From Candidatus Latescibacterota bacterium (lineage in GTDB: Bacteria > Latescibacterota > UBA2968 > GCA-2709665), in NCBI GenBank assembly GCA_965222075.1, contig OZ244937.1, positions 2,816,001-2,880,000 of the forward strand: a stretch of DNA of 64,000 nt, in the 5' to 3' direction. The position numbers and the translations under genes are program-made. Positions within the stretch are counted from its first letter, which is position 1; every line of letters begins with the position of its first letter. Below, in pieces: positions 7,645 to 15,407 of the stretch. Under the pieces are notes generated by a model. It was not told the DNA's origin, did no database searches, and was given only the letters and a program-made list of their open reading frames with translations.

Positions 7645-9936
7645 TCATCTACACTCATCCTCCAGCAGTGCCTTAAGGCCTACCCCGCAGATCATTTTCT
7701 TGGCAATCTTGTAACCCAGTTCGCGGTAGGCCTCAAACTGCTCTTCATCGAAAAACTGGTCGGCGGTGCTCTGGTCGGGGAAATCAGGGTTTGCGCCTTT
7801 GTAGCCTTTGAGCAGTAGGCCAAGGTTCTGGATCATCGTTGTTTTGAGCAGGATCAGCGTACTCTCGGCCCCGCCCGGGTAGATAATCGTCCCCTTGATG
7901 TAGCCTCGCTCCGCAAATTTGACACCGACGGGATAGGCGTCGGTCTTCGGATCTCGGTCAATGACTTTTTGGGGGGCGGGGTCACGGGGGATGAGGCGTT
8001 CCAGATGGTTGTGGCAGTCAAATTCGATTCGGGCCCCGAAATCGGTGCCGATTCGGCGCACCAAAACCTGCAAATCTTTAAAACTGAACTCGGGGTCAGC
8101 GCCGCCGTCGCAACAGATGATCAGCTTCACCTTGCGGCGCACCAACTCATATACCCCAAGGTTTTCGAAATGACCGCCGTCACTGATTTGGAGCAACTCC
8201 TGGTTTTCCTCATAGCCGTGCGGCCTCAGCTCATCGTAGGCGGCGCGAAAGTGATTTGCGACTCTTCGGGGCTTGGGTTTGCCGGGGTGTGGGACCCAAT
8301 AACCGAGGCGGACGTTCAGCAAGGACATCAACAGAGACAACACAGGATTTCGTGTAGGGCCTGATCCTCCGGCACCTGTGTTCGGATTGGCGGCAGCCCC
8401 GGATATGGCCACCGCCGTCGCCAGGGTGAGGCGGTCTTTCTTCATATAACAGGCGGTTGGCACCCAGCCTGTCGCTGTGCTACCGCAATACTTTGGCGAC
8501 AGAAGAAAGGCGTCTCCGCCCCTAACCCGCCACCGGTGATCGTCGGAGTCAACCAGGACCACATTGGTATTCACCAGATGATAGGGTGCATGCTCGCTAC
8601 ACATGTTACTCAGTTCCGCCTTGTCGGCGTCTTTTGCGGCACCGGTTGTTCCGTCCGTATTCGGGTCGGGCATGAAAGCCTCCATGAGCCGGTCCCGATA
8701 GTAGCGGTGGATCGAGATGTAGTTGAGATTCACACACCAGCCTGTCCCAAGTGAGATGACTAAGCTTAAGCTACCTCCCAGGAGCACCCAATTGAACCAA
8801 GCAGCACAAAAGCACAACAAGGCAAGCTCATACGACGCCCACGCCAGTCCATAGAAAAACGGGATGGATGCGAGAGGTGCGAGGACACCGAGGGGGATCT
8901 TTCCGTTGCTACCCGAGCGGAAAGACAACACCCAGCTAACGACGGCGAGCAAGACTGACGCGACGCCAGCTTCCTTTACGTAACCCTCCAGCCATCCTGT
9001 CACCGCTGGAAGGGATCCCAGTACAAGGAAAAACAGACCTATCCACAGCGGCCACCGGATCCACTTCTCAAATTTTCGTCGTCTCAGGTATGGGTCCTTG
9101 AAGATGAGCTTCCAAAAGATGGGTTTCCGGGTGGCTATTGAATAAAGAATACTCGCAACGAGGAACAAGATCCCCATGAGGCCCGCGGGGTAGAGCAGTA
9201 AATCAAGTCCACCCTCGTTCTTAACGTTGCATGCCTGGCAGATCTTTTGGAGGGCACTCCATATAGCATCCCAGCTGCCGACCGCGTTGAAGTCACTCAC
9301 TATATGCCAAATAGCACGCGACACGAACAAGAGTACGACCATAAGGGTGACCACCAACGGCAACCACACCACAAGGTTGAGAAGGATGCCCCGGAGAATC
9401 ACGGCGATCAGCGATGTCGTCGTGACCCCTTTGCCGGGTATGAGGTATTTACCGTGAAGGCGCAGATGCTTGAGAATGTTGGACTGTTTCTCACGTCGCC
9501 ATTCTTCTTCTGGATCCTTGACGCCGTATGGGAAATTGGCGCAGGTGGTCCCGAAAGCTTTACTGGCGTTGAGGAGCCACGTCAAAGCGCCTCCGATGTA
9601 TCCGCCCCCGGAAACCGTCGAGAGGTAATCCACGTGTTTGAGGCAGCCCGCTTTGGCGAGTCTTTGCATAACCCCCAGTGAGAAGGTCGCCGACCGGATT
9701 CCGCCCCCCGAGAGCGCCAGGCCGACGAGCTTGTCCTTAAGTTCCGATTCTTCGGCTTTTTTTGAGTCAGAATTGGCTTCAGTCGGTGCCTCCTCAGAGG
9801 ACTTGCAGAGGACGGTGTTCCGTCTCTTGCGTATGGTTTCAAGTTCCGCGCATAGGATCTTCTCGGGAATCTCGAACGACTCGCACTTAGGACGAGGTAC
9901 ATACGATTCATTCTGCTCATTCTGCTTGGCTGCCAT
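7645..9936 (-). CDS. Patatin/cPLA2-like phospholipase with multi-TM insertion
   Basis: GLALSGGGIRSA, YLSTVSGGG, ISDGGHFENLG; central hydrophobic helices. Confidence 0.88.
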   Translation of the reverse strand: MAAKQNEQNESYVPRPKCESFEIPEKILCAELETIRKRRNTVLCKSSEEAPTEANSDSKKAEESELKDKLVGLALSGGGIRSATFSLGVMQRLAKAGCLKHVDYLSTVSGGGYIGGALTWLLNASKAFGTTCANFPYGVKDPEEEWRREKQSNILKHLRLHGKYLIPGKGVTTTSLIAVILRGILLNLVVWLPLVVTLMVVLLFVSRAIWHIVSDFNAVGSWDAIWSALQKICQACNVKNEGGLDLLLYPAGLMGILFLVASILYSIATRKPIFWKLIFKDPYLRRRKFEKWIRWPLWIGLFFLVLGSLPAVTGWLEGYVKEAGVASVLLAVVSWVLSFRSGSNGKIPLGVLAPLASIPFFYGLAWASYELALLCFCAAWFNWVLLGGSLSLVISLGTGWCVNLNYISIHRYYRDRLMEAFMPDPNTDGTTGAAKDADKAELSNMCSEHAPYHLVNTNVVLVDSDDHRWRVRGGDAFLLSPKYCGSTATGWVPTACYMKKDRLTLATAVAISGAAANPNTGAGGSGPTRNPVLSLLMSLLNVRLGYWVPHPGKPKPRRVANHFRAAYDELRPHGYEENQELLQISDGGHFENLGVYELVRRKVKLIICCDGGADPEFSFKDLQVLVRRIGTDFGARIEFDCHNHLERLIPRDPAPQKVIDRDPKTDAYPVGVKFAERGYIKGTIIYPGGAESTLILLKTTMIQNLGLLLKGYKGANPDFPDQSTADQFFDEEQFEAYRELGYKIAKKMICGVGLKALLEDECR

Positions 9937-10000
9937 TGGGGACCTCCGGATGCCTTTCTATCTGGTCAGTGGATATTCTATTTCGATACCTATTGCATCT

Positions 10001-10240
10001 TCAAGATGACTTCCAAAATGGTGGAAAGATTGCTGCTGGGATGAAGATATCTCCCAGACCTGACCCCCTCTCCAGCTCAGTTTCGATTTCATCAAGGATT
10101 CTGGTTCTTCTTTCAATCCAATGCTCTGAATCGCTTGCTTGCACCGTTGGAGATGCGTCCTGCACCGCCACGATTCCGGTGGCCGACAGTAGACAAGCAA
10201 CGATGGTTGCAGACAACTGGATTCATCGTGGCACAGTCAT
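10001..10240 (-). pseudogene. Small secreted-protein gene with premature TGA
   Basis: GGAGG RBS, MTVPR*IQLSATIVACLLSATG signal-like sequence. Confidence 0.35.
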
Positions 10241-10296
10241 ATTCTCTTTCCCTCCTTTCTTGTTGCCCTCAATGGGAAGCCTGAAATCAACGGACC

Positions 10297-10474
10297 GCCC
10301 CCCACGGTGGATCGCCAGTGGATGGGGCAACCGCTCCCCTCCGGTCGGGTGGCCTGCAAAGCGCGAGGACAGTATCCGCTGCTCCGGCTCGCCCAACTCC
10401 CTGGGCAAGGCGAACCGGACTTCGCGGTACGCCCGCCCGTTGGCCCACTCGTGCGCACGTCTTTTTGCCCAAAA
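10297..10474 (-). pseudogene. MobA/MobL (MOBQ) relaxase remnant
   Basis: EWANGRAYREVRFALPREL...TGGERLPHPLAIHRGG closely resembles the RSF1010 MobA motif II-III region. Confidence 0.75.
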
Positions 10475-10519
10475 ATCGACCCCACCACCAAAATCCATCC
10501 CCCTCCCTCCCCCACAAAA

Positions 10520-10549
10520 CCTGCCTGCCGCGCTCGCGGCGCAGGCAGG
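10520..10549 (+). mobile_element. Hairpin micro-insertion copy 3 (30 bp)
   Basis: CCTGCCT GCCGCG CT CGCGGC GC AGGCAGG. Confidence 0.88.
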
Positions 10550-10568
10550 GAGGTAAAGAGGTAAAGAT

Positions 10569-13019
10569 TCAAGGCTTAAGCGTCCGGGCAACTCGAAAAC
10601 CGTTGCCGATGCCGTAGAGCCGACGGTCTGCGGATTCCCTGTCGCGCCTAGCGGCGCGGAACGCCCCGTTGCCCGACGATCCGCCGCGCAAAACTCGATA
10701 TGAGCAGTCACCGCTCTCCCAGGCAGAACCGTCCGCTGGTGCTCCACGATAACTGCGGTTCCAGCAGTCCTGAACCCACTCCGACACGTTCCCGTGCATG
10801 TCGTGAAGACCCCAAGCGTTGGGAGCGAACGAACCCACCGGAAGAAAACGCCTAAGGTCTGGCCACCGGATGTCGCAACCATAGCAATTGGCCCGGTTGC
10901 TGCCGACCTCATCCCCCCAGCTATACCTCGTCGTCGTCCCCGCACGCGCGGCATACTCCCACTCCGCCTCGCTCGGCAAACGATACCGGTCCTCTCCCTC
11001 CATCTCGTTCAGCTTCCCTACAAACGACTGTGCATCATTCCACGAAACATACTTCACGGGGCAATCCCCGCACCCCTTGAAGTGTGACGGAGAAAGGCTA
11101 CCCATCACCGCCTCCCACAGCCCCTGCGTCACCTCATACTTACCCAGGTAGAACCCCTGGCTGATCGTCACCTCATGCACCGGCCCCTCGATGTCGCGAT
11201 GACCCTCCTCCGACGGAGGCGATCCCATCTGAAACGTTCCCGACGGTATCCGCACCATCTCCAGCTCTGCGCCCCCCGGCATTATAAAGATGATAGTAGG
11301 TGGTAGAGGACGTAATACTTCCACCTGCACCTGCCTGTCCAACCCGTTTGGCCGGTCGAACACAGTCAGAGTCGTTATCTGCCCGGAGTCCCCAACCGCG
11401 ATCGCCCCTGCCACCGACGCATCAACCGGATCCGGCTCGATCGCGATGATATCGCCGTCGCTCGACTCCCAGCGATACTGCGGGGATTTGAACTCCGGGA
11501 ACGTCACCGCCTGCAGGCGCACCGTATCGCCCTCGCCGATCCACAATTTCTGGATCCCGTCCGGGTTGGTAGGCAACGGTTTGACGAACACTTCCGGGCG
11601 CACCGAATAGAAATCCCTGCTATTGAAACTCCCTTCGATCGTGTAATTGACCTCATTCCCCTTCACACTCAACGCCAGCGAATGCTCCCCGTCCCCACGC
11701 TTGGGGCTGAGGTATCTCAGCCAGTAGAAACTGTCCGCGAACGAGACGATCCTTTTCTGAATCTCGATAAACCGGTCAGCCAGTTGATCAGCCAGTTTGC
11801 TCACGTCCGAGATCTGGAAGAATCCGGCGTTGCCCAGTTCCTTCAGGACTTCCGGGTCAATCTCGTTCCCCAGGCCGATGGTGTAGACATTCTTGTTTTC
11901 CCGCGCCGTAAGCGCCTCCGACAGCGTATAAGACCCCTGCGTGTCGCTCCCGTCGGTCAGGATGACCAGGAACCCCTGCTGGACTTCGGTTGTCGTAAAG
12001 ATGTCCTGCCACCGCCGGGTTCCGGTGATAATACTACCGTACAGGTTGGTGGTGGGAAAACCCAGACGGATCTCCCGAATCGCTTTGGTCAGGGCCGCCA
12101 CGTCGTCGGTGAAATCCTGCAAGAGCTCCGGCTTTTCAGAGAATTCGTACAGGGCGATCTCCTGGTTCTCGGTCATGTTTTGCACCAGAATGATCGCCGC
12201 CTGTTTAATCTGCTCCAGGTGTTCCTTTACGCTCGTGCTGGTGTCCAGCATCAGAACGGTCTTCACCCTGAAAGTATGCGGAATGGCCTCCCGCTTTTGG
12301 ACGCGCATTGCCGACTCGGTAGGGGACACGACCTGATCGTCCTCGCGCACTTCAAAGTGTTCGGTGGTCAGTGACGTCACTCCCCAGTTATCGGAGTCGA
12401 TTACCTGGAAGAGAATATTGACAAAGCTGGGCTCCTCGGTCGTGATCCGGTGTCTGACCAGCCTGAACCGAAATTCCACCACCCTCACGGTGATCGTCTC
12501 CGAAGCCCTCCCGCCCCGGCTGTCTCTTACCGTGAACGTGATGCGGTGGGTCTCGCCCTCGCCGCCTGTGGGGGTCCAGCGGAAGGTGGACCCCGAAAGC
12601 GACGATCCCTCGGGGTGGCCGCTCACACGGTAGGTCAGATCACCCCCATCCGGATCGGAAGCGACCAACTCTATGATCAGGGTACCGCCTTTTGGTACGC
12701 CCTGGTCGCCGATCCGCTCCAATATCGGCGCCTCGTTGGGAACGGCGCTTTGACCAAAAAATCCGGCGAACGCCACAAAATCCCCGAAACCCACCTGTCC
12801 GTCGCCATCCAGATCGTACTTTGCCTCGTACCTGCCATCGCCCTGGCTGGTCCCGAATTTGCCTGCAAACGACACAAAATCGCTGAAACCAACCTTGCCA
12901 TCGCCGTCAAAATCCGCATCCGCTGCGGTTTGGGCATACACAAAAGCAAGCCCTGCGAAAACAATCCCCAGCCCCACCAACAATCCACCAACAGACCTTC
13001 TCGTGAATTTCATTGCCAT
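10569..13019 (-). CDS. Secreted multidomain protein: dockerin/EF-hand-like, Ig, vWA and FGE-sulfatase domains
   Basis: DFDGDGKVGFSDF x2; LDTSTSV and ILTDGSD (MIDAS); YRLPSEAEWEYAARAG, GNVSEW, GFRVART. Confidence 0.88.
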   Translation of the reverse strand: MAMKFTRRSVGGLLVGLGIVFAGLAFVYAQTAADADFDGDGKVGFSDFVSFAGKFGTSQGDGRYEAKYDLDGDGQVGFGDFVAFAGFFGQSAVPNEAPILERIGDQGVPKGGTLIIELVASDPDGGDLTYRVSGHPEGSSLSGSTFRWTPTGGEGETHRITFTVRDSRGGRASETITVRVVEFRFRLVRHRITTEEPSFVNILFQVIDSDNWGVTSLTTEHFEVREDDQVVSPTESAMRVQKREAIPHTFRVKTVLMLDTSTSVKEHLEQIKQAAIILVQNMTENQEIALYEFSEKPELLQDFTDDVAALTKAIREIRLGFPTTNLYGSIITGTRRWQDIFTTTEVQQGFLVILTDGSDTQGSYTLSEALTARENKNVYTIGLGNEIDPEVLKELGNAGFFQISDVSKLADQLADRFIEIQKRIVSFADSFYWLRYLSPKRGDGEHSLALSVKGNEVNYTIEGSFNSRDFYSVRPEVFVKPLPTNPDGIQKLWIGEGDTVRLQAVTFPEFKSPQYRWESSDGDIIAIEPDPVDASVAGAIAVGDSGQITTLTVFDRPNGLDRQVQVEVLRPLPPTIIFIMPGGAELEMVRIPSGTFQMGSPPSEEGHRDIEGPVHEVTISQGFYLGKYEVTQGLWEAVMGSLSPSHFKGCGDCPVKYVSWNDAQSFVGKLNEMEGEDRYRLPSEAEWEYAARAGTTTRYSWGDEVGSNRANCYGCDIRWPDLRRFLPVGSFAPNAWGLHDMHGNVSEWVQDCWNRSYRGAPADGSAWESGDCSYRVLRGGSSGNGAFRAARRDRESADRRLYGIGNGFRVARTLKP

Positions 13020-13057
13020 ATCCTCCCAACTCCTTGATCCGGACCCGATCTTTCATA

Positions 13058-13076
13058 CCTGCCTGCAACAGGCAGG
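13058..13076. repeat. Minimal 19-bp variant of the micro-insertion palindrome
   Basis: CCTGCCTG CAA CAGGCAGG; no inner stem or GC bulge. Confidence 0.6.
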
Positions 13077-13085
13077 CAGCAACCA

Positions 13086-13118
13086 CCTGCCTGCCGAGCA
13101 GATCTCGGCGCAGGCAGG
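13086..13118 (+). mobile_element. Hairpin micro-insertion copy 4 (33 bp)
   Basis: CCTGCCT GCCGAG CAGAT CTCGGC GC AGGCAGG. Confidence 0.88.
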
Positions 13119-13123
13119 CAGGG

Positions 13124-14653
13124 TCAGAATGCTGATCCCTCCACCAGATCGTATGCCTTGATCCGGCGACGGAGGGTATTGCGCGAAATGCCAAGCAACC
13201 CGGCAGCCCGGCTCTGATTTCCATCGCACCTGCGGATGGCCTCCCCCACCGCCTGCCGTTCAAGCGCGGCCAGATTCAGGCTCTCCACCCCGGCCACATC
13301 CAGCGCAACGGGCAGACCGCCCGCCTCGCAAGGGACAGGCCTGCCTGCTGGCGCGCCAGCGCAGGCAGGCGCCGTCTGCCTGCGGCTGTCCGGCAATCCA
13401 CCCGCCTGCCTGCCGGGCAGATCTCGGCGCAGGCAGGCGCCAACAGTCAGATCCTGCAGGTGATCTGCCCTCACCTGACCGTTCCCGCACAGAATCGCAG
13501 CCCGTTCAATCGTATTGTTCAACTCTCGAACATTGCCAGGAAAAGGGTAGGCCTCCAGCAGCGCCACCGCCTCCGGGGCAAACCCCTGGATCGACTTGCG
13601 CATCTCCTTCGCATACCGGCTTAAAAAGTACTGCGCCAGCGGGAGAATATCCTCCAAACGCTCCCGCAGCAGCGGAACCCGGATGGTGAACACATTGAGC
13701 CGGTAGAACAGATCCTCCCGAAAAACACCCTCACGGACCATCCCGGACAGATCCCGGTTCGTGGCCGAGACCACCCGCACATCCACCGCAACCTCCCTGC
13801 ACCCGCCCACCCGACGGATACACTTCTCCTCCAGGGTGCGCAACAGCTTCCTCTGCATCCCCAGGTCCATATCGCCGATCTCGTCCAAAAACAGCGTGCC
13901 CCCGTCCGCCTGCTCAAAGTGGCCCTTCCGTGCCCGCCGGGCATCGGTGAACGCACCCTGTTCGTGGCCGTAGAACTCGCTTTCAAACAGCGCCTCAGGG
14001 ACGGCCGAGCAATTCACAGGCACAAACGGTCCGCCTGCCCGGGCGCTTTCGGTGTGAATGGCCCGCGCCACCAGCTCCTTGCCCGTACCCGTCTCGCCGC
14101 AGACGAGCACCGTGGTATCCACAGACTGGCAGACCTGCCGGATCTGCTCCCGCACCGCGCAAATGGCCCCACTCTCCCCCACAATCGCCGCCAGCCCAAA
14201 GCGCTGCCTGGACTCCGTGTTGATGCGCTCCAGACGCGCCTGCATCCTGTTCTTCTCCCGATGAAGCCCCTGGTAACGCATGGTCCGCTGCAAAGAAGCG
14301 TTCAGCTCCTCCACCTTGAACGGCTTCGTAAAAAAATCAAAAGCCCCATCCCGCATCGCCCGAAAGGCATGCTCGACCTCACTGAAGGCCGTAATCACAA
14401 TCACCTCCGTATCAGGAGACAGGCGCTTGACCTCCCTTAAGACCTCGAACCCATCCATCCCCGGCATCTTCACATCCGTGATCACGATGTCAACAGCCTC
14501 CCTCCGAAGGACCTTCACGCCCACGAACCCGTCTGCGGCCTCGTAGACCATGTGCCCCCGCGCCTGCAGAAACATCCCCACGGAAGACCGGATCTCCGGG
14601 TCGTCATCAATCACCAGAATGGACATCGGGATCTTTTTGTCGGACCTGGGCAT
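13124..14653 (-). CDS. Sigma-54-dependent response regulator (REC-AAA-Fis HTH)
   Basis: ILVIDDD, DVKMPGMDG, GETGTGKE, GAFTDA, FLDEIG, FREDLFYRL; GGAGG RBS before 14653. Confidence 0.93.
   Translation of the reverse strand: MPRSDKKIPMSILVIDDDPEIRSSVGMFLQARGHMVYEAADGFVGVKVLRREAVDIVITDVKMPGMDGFEVLREVKRLSPDTEVIVITAFSEVEHAFRAMRDGAFDFFTKPFKVEELNASLQRTMRYQGLHREKNRMQARLERINTESRQRFGLAAIVGESGAICAVREQIRQVCQSVDTTVLVCGETGTGKELVARAIHTESARAGGPFVPVNCSAVPEALFESEFYGHEQGAFTDARRARKGHFEQADGGTLFLDEIGDMDLGMQRKLLRTLEEKCIRRVGGCREVAVDVRVVSATNRDLSGMVREGVFREDLFYRLNVFTIRVPLLRERLEDILPLAQYFLSRYAKEMRKSIQGFAPEAVALLEAYPFPGNVRELNNTIERAAILCGNGQVRADHLQDLTVGACLRRDLPGRQAGGLPDSRRQTAPACAGAPAGRPVPCEAGGLPVALDVAGVESLNLAALERQAVGEAIRRCDGNQSRAAGLLGISRNTLRRRIKAYDLVEGSAF
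13340..13369 (+). mobile_element. Hairpin micro-insertion copy 5 (30 bp), in-frame in the regulator linker
   Basis: CCTGCCT GCTGGC GC GCCAGC GC AGGCAGG. Confidence 0.88.
13405..13437 (+). mobile_element. Hairpin micro-insertion copy 6 (33 bp), in-frame in the regulator linker
   Basis: One mismatch from copy 4 (13086-13118). Confidence 0.88.
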
Positions 14654-15014
14654 CGTTATCGGCCTCCCCTGAGGTGATGAAAATTCTTCCCTGAACCCTT
14701 TTGTCGGTGCTGCAAAGACCGTCACGGGCGCGAGGGACGTGTCGGTACCCTCCCTGAATCGCCCTTCCAGGCCAGCAGAGCGAGTCCGAGAGTGGACATG
14801 GCCTTGTGGCAACGTCGTCCCAAGGACGTGATCCATCACTCCGACCAGGGATCGCAGTATACCTCCATCGCCTTTGGTCTGCGCTGCAAAAGGGCCGGTG
14901 TCCGTCCCTCCACAGGATCGGTCGGAGACTGCTTCGACAACGCGATGTGCGAGAGTTTCTTCGCTACACTCGAATGCGAACTGCTCGACCGCCACTGCTT
15001 CCGCATTTACCAGG

Positions 15015-15047
15015 CCTGCCTGCAGCGCAGGGCACTGCGCAGGCAGG
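15015..15047 (+). mobile_element. Hairpin micro-insertion copy 7 (33 bp) in the IS3 remnant
   Basis: One mismatch from copy 1; removal gives FRIYQEAQRALF. Confidence 0.9.
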
Positions 15048-15078
15048 AAGCGCAACGGGCCCTCTTCGCGTATATCGA

Positions 15079-15105
15079 CCTGTCTGCGTGCTACGCACAG
15101 GCAGG
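15079..15105 (-). mobile_element. Hairpin micro-insertion copy 8 (27 bp) in the IS3 remnant
   Basis: Removal restores TAT ATC GAG GGG TGG TAT AAT (YIEGWYN). Confidence 0.92.
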
Positions 15106-15407
15106 GGGGTGGTATAATCCACATCGCAGACATTCAGCTCTGGGATACGACTCACCCACAACCTACGAAGAAAAACACCAGGCATGGGCTTGACACCCAA
15201 GCCTAAAACCGTCCACGAAACCGAGGTAACTCCAGTTAAAGCACTCTATTTCAATCAGCATTACCTGGATCGAATTATTCGCATCTTCGGTTGGGCGCGG
15301 TCCCATAGTGTGACAAAAAAGATAGCATAACATCCTCAATAATTTCTTATGGTTAGAGGAAAGTTTGGGAAATTTACTTCTAACCAACAAGAATCAGAAA
15401 GGACGTT

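Larger units (their letters stand above)
14792..15234 (+). pseudogene. IS3-family transposase (OrfB C-terminus) remnant with right IR
   Basis: HHSDQGSQYTS, DNAMCESFFATLECE, WYNPHRRHSALGY; ends GTCCACGAAACCGAGGTAACTCCA. Confidence 0.9.

Noticed and set aside
5116-10700. The two FGE tails as a DGR TR/VR pair
   Set aside because: Differences are not adenine-restricted and include indels; no reverse transcriptase in the window.
14654-15133. N-terminal extension of the 669-aa ORF
   Set aside because: It is antisense to the IS3 remnant; the real start is 14653 with an RBS.
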